A stretch of DNA of 33,690 nt, taken from the NCBI GenBank assembly GCA_965648935.1, contig CBFGIY010000018.1, positions 1-33,690 on the forward strand, written 5' to 3'. The stretch is from a candidate division WOR-3 bacterium. Lineage in GTDB: Bacteria > Hydrothermota > Tepidihabitantia > Tepidihabitantales > Tepidihabitantaceae. Shown in pieces: positions 1-8,006 of this stretch. Under the pieces are notes generated by a model. The model was not told the origin of the DNA. It saw nothing but the letters and a program-made list of their open reading frames with translations, and ran no database searches. The stretch's first letter is position 1. Each line of letters starts with the position of its first letter. The position numbers and the translations under genes are program-made.

Positions 1-596
1 ACCGTGTCGGTTGCGCCCGGCGCGAGCGTGACCGGCGTGCCGAGGTGGGTCGGCACGTAGTCGCGGCAGACGTGGTTGTGGACCGAGTCGCCGTTCGGGC
101 CACGGTAGATGAGGCTGTCCTCGGTGACGACGACCTGGAGCGCGCCGACGATGGTGTCGGCCGAGCCGTTATGGCACTCGGCCCGTACCACGCCTGAGCG
201 CGAGAGCGGGTCATAGGTGGTGCCGGCAAGGCTCAACTGCACGTGAGACGGCACGGCCAGCGCCGCGGCGACGGCCGCGGGCCACGTGTTGTAGTTGTAG
301 CCGCGCGAAGCGCCGTCGACCCACAACCACGGGTAGTAGTAGCCGTTGTTCATCGGTGGCGGGTACAGGTGCCACTTGTCCCAGGCCTCGCGCCGGTACA
401 GCGGGTAGGAGCTGTTGGCGTTCCACTGCACGGCGGCCACTCGGCCGGGATTCTGCGCGCATATCTGGTCCAGCATACTGCTGGCCGCAGGGCAGGTGGG
501 TCAGGACTCCGAGTATGATTCCTCGAGAACCACGACGCGGTCGTAGGCGACCGCGGCCGCAGCAAGCAGAGCACAGGCGAGCAGGACTTTCTTCAT
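1..596 (-). CDS. Omp28-like thioredoxin-fold selenoprotein, paralog 1 (UxxC; 3' end runs off the window)
   Basis: ATG at 596 with AAGGAG RBS. Hand translation MKKVLLACALLAAAAVAYDRVVVLEESYSES-[TGA 503-501]-PTCPAASSMLDQ...YPWLWVDG...VVVTEDSLIYRGPNGDSVHNHVCRDY. Frame stays open to the window edge after the TGA. Signal peptide, Omp28-type TED..HNHV.R motif, and a SECIS-like hairpin. Absent from the ORF track. Confidence 0.88.
465..490 (-). promoter_or_regulatory. Putative bacterial SECIS element for Sec codon at 501-503
   Basis: Minus strand, 10 nt after TGA: CTG-C-GGCCAGC-[AGTAT]-GCTGGAC-CAG. Stem has one G.A mismatch and a bulged C; G at loop position 2. Confidence 0.75.
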
Positions 597-634
597 CTCA
601 ACACTCCTTCCGGATTCATCCGGCGGTCAGCAGT

Positions 635-661
635 GCGGGGCGAGTCTGTGACCCGCCCCGC
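635..661 (-). other. Intergenic GC-rich hairpin between the two Omp28-like paralogs (stability element or atypical terminator)
   Basis: Minus strand GCGGGGCGGGTC-ACA-GACTCGCCCCGC, a 12-bp stem with one G.U pair; no U-tract follows. Confidence 0.45.
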
Positions 662-680
662 CGGCATCATCAGTCCTGGT

Positions 681-1712
681 TCAGTCCGTGACGACGAGCT
701 TGCCCGAAGTGGCGGCGCCGCCGCACTCCAGTCGCCAGCCGTACACCCCGCGCGCGACCGAGCCGCCGCGCCGCCAGTTAACGCTGGTTTCACCCGCGCG
801 GCTTGTCCCGGCGAGTTCCTGCACCAGCGAGCCGTCGAGCGCGTACACGCCGAGCTTGTAGCTCTGCCCGGCCGGGGCGTGGAACCGGAAGGTCGCGTTG
901 TCGCGGCACGGGTTGGGCGTCGCCTCGGCCCGGACGTTTCGGAAGTGCGACTCAGGCACGCGCGGCTCGGCAACGCCGGTCAGCGCCAGCACCGGCCTCT
1001 GCCCGGCCTGGAAACCGCCGTATCCGTTGTTGGGATGCACGGTCGGGTCCTGGGCATACACCACGACCTTGCACATCCGCTCGACCCAGCCCGGGTTGAG
1101 CGTGAACGACTGGATAACGGTATCGTACCCGCCGGGCGGCACCGAGATGTCGGTGCCGAGATGGTCAGGCAGGTAGTCGCGGCAGACGTGATTGTGCCAC
1201 GGGTCGCCGTTCGGGGCAACGTAGTTGATGCTGTCCTCAGTGACGACCATGTGGCACTTGCCGACCGCCGCGGTCAGCCCGGCATTGTAGAATACGGCCT
1301 GCACCGTGCCCGAGCGCGTGCCCGGATTGTAAGTGCCGGTGATGCTGAGCTGGACGTCGGTCGGCTGCAGCATCCGCTCCGACACGTAACCGGCCCACCC
1401 GCTGTACTGGTAGCTGGCGTTGCGGCCATCAATCCAGGCCCAGGGCGTGGCGTAGCCGCCATTGTAGGGCGGCGGGTAGGTGCGCATTTTCTGCGAGCCT
1501 TCGGCGCTGTAGAGCGGGTAGGAAGAACTGATGTGCCACTCGACGCCGACCGCGTAGCCGGCGTAGTCAATCAGTATCTGGTCCAGCGCACGGCTGGACG
1601 CAGGGCAGGTCGGTCATGTCTCGGAGTATGCTTCCTCGAGAACCACGACGCGGTCAAAGGCCATCACCAGCGCCGTGGACGCGAGCAGCGCGAGCAGAAT
1701 CTTCTTAGTCAT
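681..1712 (-). CDS. Omp28-like thioredoxin-fold selenoprotein, paralog 2 (343 aa, UxxC) with C-terminal T9SS/FlgD-Ig-like domain
   Basis: ATG at 1712 with AAAGGAGG RBS. MTKKILLALLASTALVMAFDRVVVLEEAYSET-[TGA 1616-1614]-PTCPASSRALDQ... is in frame with track ORF 681..1487. TPWAWIDG cis-Pro motif, TEDSI..HNHVCRD motif, and C-terminal PNP..N..F..Y.L.G..V..L...W......GVY..RL......KLVV pattern. Confidence 0.9.
1578..1603 (-). promoter_or_regulatory. Putative bacterial SECIS element for Sec codon at 1614-1616
   Basis: Minus strand, 10 nt after TGA: CTG-C-GTCCAGC-[CGTGC]-GCTGGAC-CAG. Perfect 7-bp upper stem plus 3-bp lower stem; GU in loop. Confidence 0.8.
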
Positions 1713-1744
1713 CGAGCCTCCTTTCGGACATCTTGACTGATACC

Positions 1745-1773
1745 ATTGTAGCCCGGTAGGGCCGGGGCGTCAA
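1745..1773 (-). promoter_or_regulatory. sigma70-like promoter for the two Omp28-like selenoprotein genes
   Basis: TTGACG (1773-1768), 17 nt, TACAAT (1750-1745). Confidence 0.7.
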
Positions 1774-1784
1774 CAAGGTAGCGG

Positions 1785-3239
1785 TCAGTCCTCTTCGCGC
1801 GGCCGCAGACCCAGCGCATTGAGAACAAAAGTCTTGCCCGCGTTCAACTGCCAGACCGCGTAGGCGGTCAGCACCCGCACCGTGGCGCGCACCGGCGTGC
1901 TGTCGCGCTCGCGTACCCGCACGAGCAGTGGCAGCGCCATGAACCGCGCGATGCCGGCCAGGAGGAACATCAGGTGGTAATTGACAAAGGTGCCGCGGCC
2001 GATGGTCACCTCCAGACCGTGCAGGGCCTGGGCGATGCCGCCCGCGACGAGCGATGCTACGAATGCGCCCAGCCCGGTGACGACCGAGTGAATCGCGAAG
2101 TAGCTCTCCTTGCGCTGGGGGTTGTCGGCCAGCTCAAGCAGCAGGTTCCACAGGCCCAAGCTCGCGCCCGACCAGACCACCCCGTTGAGTACCGCGTCAA
2201 TCCATATGGGCAGACGGAAAGTCGGCGTGGCGAAGACCCACAACAGCGGCATCACGCCGACCAGCGCGAAGTTGAGAATCGTCACCGGCCGCGCCCCGAA
2301 CCGATCGATGGCCCGGCCCCACAGCAGCTGGAACAGAAGCCCGGTCACACCGCCGATCATCGAGTACACACCGATGGCCGCGAACGAGAACTTCAGGTTG
2401 GTCATCAGGTGGACAATGTAGAATGGCGAGCCCAGCGTGCCGGTGAGAAACCACACCGCGGTGAAGGTCGCCAGCCGGCGGAACTGCGGCTCCTGCAGCG
2501 GGCCGAAGAGCAGCTCGCGCAGCGGCACCATCGGCTTCCTGGGCATCGGCGGCTCGGGCTGGCGCACCAGCAGCCAGGTCGATATCCCGCCGAAGACCAC
2601 GGCCAAGCCGAACGCCAGGCCGTAGCCGAACAACTCGTGGTCCGATGCCTTGAACCAATCCATCGCCCGGCCAGCGAGGTAGGCGGTCGTCACTCCAACC
2701 AGGCCGTGGATGGCGTTGCGCAGGCCGAAGAAGCGACCGCGCCTCTCGTTCGGCACGAGGTCGCTCATCCACGAGGTCCAGGTCGTACCCGCAACCGTCA
2801 TTATGATGCTTGATAGCGCCACGACCCAGAGCAACGTCTCGACCCCGAACCCGAATTCCATCAGCAGGAACGGCACCAGCAGCGCGAACACCGACCGGCC
2901 GATGCCCGCGGTCCACAGGACCAGCTTCTTGCGCGCCCCGACCACGCGGACAAGGTAACCGGACAAGAAACCGAACCCGCTGGACAGGGCCGGGATGGCC
3001 GAGAGCAGCGCAATCTCGAACGGCTTCGCGCCCAGAAACAGCGCGAGGCCGTTGATGAACATCCCGCCGACGAGCGTCATGTACAGCGTCGCGAACCCGC
3101 CTTCGACTATCGAAACGCGCAGGCCGCGCCTCACCTGGCCGTCAGACAGCGCCGGCCGCACGACCAGCGCCTCCACGCTCTGTTCTGCGCGCTGTGGCGT
3201 GCGCGTCCCGGCCTGCCGGTCGCGCCATTCGCTTCTCAT
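1785..3239 (-). CDS. MFS transporter
   Basis: About 12 hydrophobic segments; WGRAIDRFGARP motif-A-like loop; WMSDLVP..RRGRFFG.RN motif; start abuts lipA stop. Confidence 0.88.
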   Translation of the reverse strand: MRSEWRDRQAGTRTPQRAEQSVEALVVRPALSDGQVRRGLRVSIVEGGFATLYMTLVGGMFINGLALFLGAKPFEIALLSAIPALSSGFGFLSGYLVRVVGARKKLVLWTAGIGRSVFALLVPFLLMEFGFGVETLLWVVALSSIIMTVAGTTWTSWMSDLVPNERRGRFFGLRNAIHGLVGVTTAYLAGRAMDWFKASDHELFGYGLAFGLAVVFGGISTWLLVRQPEPPMPRKPMVPLRELLFGPLQEPQFRRLATFTAVWFLTGTLGSPFYIVHLMTNLKFSFAAIGVYSMIGGVTGLLFQLLWGRAIDRFGARPVTILNFALVGVMPLLWVFATPTFRLPIWIDAVLNGVVWSGASLGLWNLLLELADNPQRKESYFAIHSVVTGLGAFVASLVAGGIAQALHGLEVTIGRGTFVNYHLMFLLAGIARFMALPLLVRVRERDSTPVRATVRVLTAYAVWQLNAGKTFVLNALGLRPREED

Positions 3240-4133
3240 CTACGCCGACCCCGGGTTTGGCTTTTGACCTTTGGCTTTTGGCTTCTGACTTGGGTCCGCC
3301 AATTCTGCCGCCCGGTACGAGCTTCGCACCAGCGGCCCGCAGAAGGCGCGGACAAACCCCAGCTGGTGCGCCCGCACGCTCCACCGGTCGAACTCCTCGG
3401 GCGTGACATAGCGCCGGACCGCAAGGCAGCGCCGGTCCGGCTGGAGATACTGCCCGATGGTGACGACATCGCACCCGACTGAGCGCAGGTCGGCAAGCGC
3501 ATGTTCGACCTCCTCGTCGGTCTCGCCCAGCCCGAGCATCAGCCCGCTCTTCGTCATCATCCCCGGCGCGAGCCGCTTCGCCGCCGCAACAACGCCCAGC
3601 GACCGCCGGTACGACGCGCGCGGGTCGCGCACCGCGGGCGTGAGCCGCTCTACCGTTTCGATGTTGTGAGCGAAGACAACCGGCCCGGCTTCGGCCACCT
3701 GCGCGATGAGCTCCTCCTTGCCGCCGAAATCCGGGATGAGCACCTCCACCGCCGCGCCGGTCTTTCGCACCGCGCGCACCGTCGCCGCGAAGATCCCGGC
3801 GCCGAAGTCCGCAAGGTCGTCGCGGTCCACCGACGTGATGACCGCGTACTTCAGGCCGAGCCGCTCGACCGCGCGCGCCACGCGCTCGGGCTCAGCCTCG
3901 TCCACCGCGCCGCGCGGGTTACCGGTCGCAACCGAGCAGAACCGGCAGTGCCGCGTACAGGTATCGCCGAGTATGAGGAATGTTGCGGTGCCCGCATTCC
4001 AGCACTCGCCGAGATTGGGACAGCGGGCCTGGGTGCAGACAGTGTGCAGACCGAGACCGGTCAGCCGGGCGTTGACCGCCTCAAAACCGGCCCCGCCCGC
4101 CAACCTGGTCTTCAGCCAGCCCGGCTTGCGCAC
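3240..4133 (-). CDS. lipA: Lipoyl synthase (radical SAM)
   Basis: CX4CX5C (CTQARCPNLGEC), CX3CX2C (CTRHCRFC), VITSVDRDDL, HNIETV, TIGQYLQP and C-terminal RSSY motifs. Confidence 0.96.
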   Translation of the reverse strand: MRKPGWLKTRLAGGAGFEAVNARLTGLGLHTVCTQARCPNLGECWNAGTATFLILGDTCTRHCRFCSVATGNPRGAVDEAEPERVARAVERLGLKYAVITSVDRDDLADFGAGIFAATVRAVRKTGAAVEVLIPDFGGKEELIAQVAEAGPVVFAHNIETVERLTPAVRDPRASYRRSLGVVAAAKRLAPGMMTKSGLMLGLGETDEEVEHALADLRSVGCDVVTIGQYLQPDRRCLAVRRYVTPEEFDRWSVRAHQLGFVRAFCGPLVRSSYRAAELADPSQKPKAKGQKPNPGSA

Positions 4134-4145
4134 CTGATTGCAGTG

Positions 4146-5762
4146 CTACACGCCCGGGCGCAGCGACGACTTCGGACAGGTCCAAGCGCACTCGAAGCAA
4201 CGGATGCACTCGAGCTGATTCGCGCTGGCGACCGGGTCGATGTTCATCGGACAGACCCGCTTGCACCGGCCGCAGTCGATACAGGTCGACTTGTCGAACT
4301 TTAGCTTTAGCAGGCTGGCCTTGTTCAGCACCGAGTAGATTGCCCCGATCGGGCAGACCAACCGGCAGAAAGGCCGTCTTGCGCTGACCGCCGCCGCGAC
4401 GATGAGCAACAGGATGCCGACTTTCACCCAGTAAAGCCAGCCGACCAGACCGCGCAGTGCGTTCACCGGGTCCCACAGCACCAGCGGAATCCCCGCGCCC
4501 AGCGTACCGTGCGGGCAGAGCTTGCAAAACCAGGGCTCGGCCGTGAACCACGCCGCGACCCCGGCCACGACTACGAGAAACCCGAACTTCAGCCAGTTCG
4601 CGGGCAGCCGCGCGCGCAGCGCGAAGTCCAGCGCCGCGACCAGCGTAACCGCCGCGGCAGCCGCAGCCAGCCCGAGCGCGATGCCGGAAAGACCCAGAAG
4701 CTGCCCCGAGCCGCCCAGCCAGCCGATGAGCAGTGCCGCGGCCGCAACCAGCGCGCCGCCGAGCCAGCGCCCGGCCAGGGTCACAGCGAGCATTCCGCCG
4801 GCCGCCGCCACGACCCCGAAGTCGGGCGCGAGCCGAAACCAGGCCAGCGCGCCCAAGCCCAGTGCGGCGAGCACCGCGCCGGGCCGAAGGTGAGTCGGGA
4901 TGTCGGTCTTACCGCGCAGCGCGAAGTAGAGCACGACCAGCACGAAGGGCAGCCAGCCGTACAGAAGAACCTGCCACCACGGCAGCGGCACGACCAGCAC
5001 GAGCGCCACGGCGACCGCGGCCGCGATGGCGGCAATCACCGCGAAGGACACCCAGCGCTTCGACCCCAGCTTCACCTTGTTCAGCAGGTCCTGGTACATC
5101 CCGAACGGGCAGACCCAGCCGCACGCGGCCCGCCCGAAAAACGCGCCGACCACGACGAACACGCCCAAGGGCAGCCACGGAAACGCGCGGATGCCGATGA
5201 TCTGCTGCATCGACCCCAGCGGGCAGGCGAAAACCGCCATCGGCCCGCCGTAGCAGTTGAGTATCGGCTGCAGCGTGTACTTGAAGATTCCCTGGTATAT
5301 CACCGTGCGCTGCAGGTAGGCGAGGATGAAGCCGTTGAGCAGGACGAACGCGATGACCTGCACCACGCGGTGCGGCGCGATCCGGCGCCGGACGAGCAAG
5401 ACGACAGAGAGCATCACCAGGATGAAGGGCAGCAGGCCGAAGAGCAGCACCTTCGACGCGCTGAGGCCCGGCCCGATGACAAGCCACAGCGCCGCGATGA
5501 CGCCGACCAGACTGATGACACCGAACGCGGCCCAGCGCCGCGCCGCGGTGGGCCGTCCAAGAAACAGCGCAAGGAATAGCGCAAGCCCGACCGCGCCGGT
5601 CCAGCCAAAGGCGAACACTCCCCAGTCGAACCTCCCCAGCACTTTGAGCAGGACCGCCACCACGGTCGCGCCGGCCGTGATGATGGCGAAAGCGGACCAG
5701 CGCGTCTTCGGCGAAAAATCTCCGCGCAACGCCGGCTTCTGCGTTACCGTTTCAGCACTCAC
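4146..5762 (-). CDS. Polytopic membrane 4Fe-4S binding protein (NapH/YccM-like) with extra membrane repeats
   Basis: CGWVCP, FCKLCP and FCRLVCP motifs; C-terminal 2x[4Fe-4S] ferredoxin motifs CIDCGRCKRVCP and CIRCFECAWTCP; many TM helices; GTG start with AGGAG RBS. Confidence 0.88.
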   Translation of the reverse strand: MSAETVTQKPALRGDFSPKTRWSAFAIITAGATVVAVLLKVLGRFDWGVFAFGWTGAVGLALFLALFLGRPTAARRWAAFGVISLVGVIAALWLVIGPGLSASKVLLFGLLPFILVMLSVVLLVRRRIAPHRVVQVIAFVLLNGFILAYLQRTVIYQGIFKYTLQPILNCYGGPMAVFACPLGSMQQIIGIRAFPWLPLGVFVVVGAFFGRAACGWVCPFGMYQDLLNKVKLGSKRWVSFAVIAAIAAAVAVALVLVVPLPWWQVLLYGWLPFVLVVLYFALRGKTDIPTHLRPGAVLAALGLGALAWFRLAPDFGVVAAAGGMLAVTLAGRWLGGALVAAAALLIGWLGGSGQLLGLSGIALGLAAAAAAVTLVAALDFALRARLPANWLKFGFLVVVAGVAAWFTAEPWFCKLCPHGTLGAGIPLVLWDPVNALRGLVGWLYWVKVGILLLIVAAAVSARRPFCRLVCPIGAIYSVLNKASLLKLKFDKSTCIDCGRCKRVCPMNIDPVASANQLECIRCFECAWTCPKSSLRPGV

Positions 5763-5775
5763 TGTCGTGTCTCTC

Positions 5776-5813
5776 CTGTCCTTGCGGGCCTACACGAGGC
5801 CCATGCAGGACAG
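5776..5813 (-). promoter_or_regulatory. Putative bacterial SECIS element for Sec codon at 5814-5816
   Basis: Minus strand immediately after TGA: CTGTCCT-GC-AT-GGGCCT-[CGTGT]-AGGCCC-GC-A-AGGACAG. Stems of 7+2+6 bp; loop nearly identical to the CGTGC loop at 1588-1592; 3' arm is non-coding. Confidence 0.85.
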
Positions 5814-5927
5814 TCATATCTGGGCGGCAAACCGGTAGATGGTTTCCGGGTTGCCCTTGGCGATGCCGACCGCGACGAGCGCGACCCCGACCACAGCCAG
5901 CAGCAGGAATGGAATCTTGCGCTTCAC
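5790..5927 (-). CDS. 45-aa single-TM membrane selenopeptide, CD1871A-like CxxC family with UxxC
   Basis: GTG at 5927 with GGGGAG RBS: MKRKIPFLLLAVVGVALVAVGIAKGNPETIYRFAAQI-[TGA 5816-5814]-LSCMGLV-TAG. Fills the gap between operon genes and sits directly upstream of a 4Fe-4S membrane protein, as recalled for this family. Not in the ORF track. Confidence 0.85.
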
Positions 5928-5941
5928 CTCACGCTCCCCTC

Positions 5942-7408
5942 TCAAAACCGGCTGATGAGCTGCGCCTTGACACCGGTGAACGGCGCCTCAAACCGGCAGA
6001 CCCCGCCTGAGCAGGTGTAGCCGCCGCGCTCGGCCCCGATGCGCACGCGCAGGATGTTGCGCTCGGTTATGGTCCAGACGGTCTCGAACATCGGCCAGAG
6101 CTGCTGGCCGTTGTAACGGCGCTCGAGCTTGTAGTCCACCGCCTGCAGTCCGGCCGTGAACAGCAGAGCGTCGCCGTAGCCGTAGGAGAGCACCAGTGCG
6201 CTCTCGTGGTAGCGCCACGGCTGCTCCATGTGCCCGGTATCCTCGACCACCCAGTCGTAGTCTGCCTCGAGGGTGAAGGTGTGCTCGCCCGCGAGGTAGT
6301 TCACCAGCACGGTCGGCTTGGTCGTGCCCCGGCGCGCCACGTGCAGTTCGATGTTCTGCTGCACCATATGATTCAGCTTCGCCTCGAAAGTCCAGTTCTC
6401 ACCTAGCGAGTACCGGCCCTTGCCTTCCCACTCGTACACGCCAGTGGTCGAATCCTCGTGCCGGTACAGCCGGCCGTAGTTCGCCTCGAGGTACAGCGGG
6501 TCGAGCGGGCTCGCCGTCGCGGTGACTCCGAAGCCGCGCTCGTCAATGCCGCGGTCGATGGACACGCCCGACTTGATCGGCGTCGGCGGGTCGTTGTAGT
6601 GGTATGCCGAGGTCGGGTGCCCGAGCTTGTCGTAGTCCATGTACTCGCCGAGCAGCGAGTAGCCCGGGAACGAGAGCGTCCCGCTCAGGTAGTAGCCCAG
6701 CCCCTTCTCGCGGCCGCCGATTCCCGGCCTCACGCCGAGCCGCTGGCAGGCTTCGCCGTAGAGGTCGACCGGGCCGAGGGTCAGGCCGAGGTTGCCGCCG
6801 TAGATCTCGTTGAACGCGCGCGGCGACATGTCCCCGGTGGAGTTAACACGCACGTAGCGCCCGCCGAACCCCGCCCACGACAGCGGCCGGCTCGACAGGT
6901 CGGCGCCCAGCACCTGGTCGGTGGAATCTGCGGCGTTCAGTGTCTTGTAGGTATTCTCCTGGAAGAAGATGTCGCGCAGCCGCGCGCCCAGCGCCACGAC
7001 CTCGGTGCCCAGGGGCAGGTGCGCGGTGCCGCGCAGCCCGTGCAGGCTCTTGTAGTGACGGAAGTCGTCGTCCTCGTAAGCGCGCAGGGCCAGGCCCTTG
7101 CCGAAAGTCTGGTAGAACTTGCCGTAGAGGATCTCAAGCTCCTGCGGGCTGTAGGCGACGGTGTAGTCCAGCAACCGCAGCGGCTGACGCTGGCCCCGCC
7201 ACGGCTTGGACGGCTCGAACAGGAACATCCCGGCGCTCGCCGACAGGTCGCCGTAGCTCACAGTGATGTCCAGCTTGTCCTCGGTCTGCGTTGAATACAC
7301 CGAGTCCAGGAACGCCCAGAACTCGGCGCGGTTCACGCCGCTGATCGAAAGCTCGGCCGCCGCCGCGGCCGCGCACAGAACGGCGAGGGCCCCCAGCAAT
7401 CGCCGCAC
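5942..7408 (-). CDS. Outer-membrane beta-barrel protein, DUF6029-like, with C-terminal CxGGxC motif
   Basis: Signal peptide; G.FYQTFG.GL.LRAYED motif; alternating beta-strand pattern; C-terminal RGGYTCSGGVCRFEAPFTG and terminal Phe. Confidence 0.78.
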   Translation of the reverse strand: MRRLLGALAVLCAAAAAAELSISGVNRAEFWAFLDSVYSTQTEDKLDITVSYGDLSASAGMFLFEPSKPWRGQRQPLRLLDYTVAYSPQELEILYGKFYQTFGKGLALRAYEDDDFRHYKSLHGLRGTAHLPLGTEVVALGARLRDIFFQENTYKTLNAADSTDQVLGADLSSRPLSWAGFGGRYVRVNSTGDMSPRAFNEIYGGNLGLTLGPVDLYGEACQRLGVRPGIGGREKGLGYYLSGTLSFPGYSLLGEYMDYDKLGHPTSAYHYNDPPTPIKSGVSIDRGIDERGFGVTATASPLDPLYLEANYGRLYRHEDSTTGVYEWEGKGRYSLGENWTFEAKLNHMVQQNIELHVARRGTTKPTVLVNYLAGEHTFTLEADYDWVVEDTGHMEQPWRYHESALVLSYGYGDALLFTAGLQAVDYKLERRYNGQQLWPMFETVWTITERNILRVRIGAERGGYTCSGGVCRFEAPFTGVKAQLISRF

Positions 7409-7416
7409 CGCGCCGC

Positions 7417-7992
7417 CTACTTGTCGGCCCCGGTCCTGGGCTTGCCCTTGCCCGGTTCGGGCAACTCTTCCTCGCCCGCCGGGCCCTTCTCAGGCAGCCA
7501 CTTCTTGAACTCCTCGGCGATGCGCTTCTCGTCGCCCTTCTTGTAGCCGACGTGGGTGTAGACTATCTCGCCAGCCATGTTGACCAGATAGGCGGTCGGC
7601 TTGATGACGATCTTGTACGCGCTCTTGACTTTCTGCTGCTGGTCAAGCAGGACGATGTAGGGCCACTTCTTCGTCTTCACGAACGACTTGACCTTCTGCT
7701 CATCGGCCGGCTTGTCGACCGACAGCGCGACTATCTGCAGGCCGCGGTCTTTGAGCGAATCGTACACCGGCCGGAGCGCGTCCAGCTCGGCGATGCAGTT
7801 CACGCAGGGCAGGTCCCAGCACTCGATGTAGACCGGCCCGGTCTTGAGCAGCTCGCTCAGCGTCACCTGCTTGCCCGTGACGTCCTTGAGCGTGAAATCC
7901 GGGGCCTTCTGGAGAGGCTTCTGCTCGGACTTCGCCGCCAGAGTCGGGCCGGCCACCAGCAGCAGGCAGAGAATGGTCGCCAAACGCTTCAT
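7417..7992 (-). CDS. TlpA/ResA-like thiol-disulfide oxidoreductase (exported, CxxC)
   Basis: Start moved to ATG 7992 (AAAGGAG RBS, signal peptide MKRLATILCLLLVAGPTLA). APDFTLKD...WDLPCVNCIAEL...ALSVD...PTAYLVN..G.I motifs. Confidence 0.9.
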   Translation of the reverse strand: MKRLATILCLLLVAGPTLAAKSEQKPLQKAPDFTLKDVTGKQVTLSELLKTGPVYIECWDLPCVNCIAELDALRPVYDSLKDRGLQIVALSVDKPADEQKVKSFVKTKKWPYIVLLDQQQKVKSAYKIVIKPTAYLVNMAGEIVYTHVGYKKGDEKRIAEEFKKWLPEKGPAGEEELPEPGKGKPRTGADK

Positions 7993-8006
7993 TTCGATGT
8001 CTCCTT

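Noticed and set aside
633..1736. 367-aa plus-strand ORF and other long overlapping ORFs (4509..5579, 9529..10710, 22007..23401, 25559..27247, 31729..33084)
   Set aside because: Antisense shadows of well-supported genes, expected at this GC content.
7760..7810. Possible vestigial SECIS after the first Cys codon of the TlpA CxxC (GCCGAGC...GCTCCGGC)
   Set aside because: The codon is TGC and the stem is imperfect and easily produced by chance at high GC; it would need ortholog comparison.
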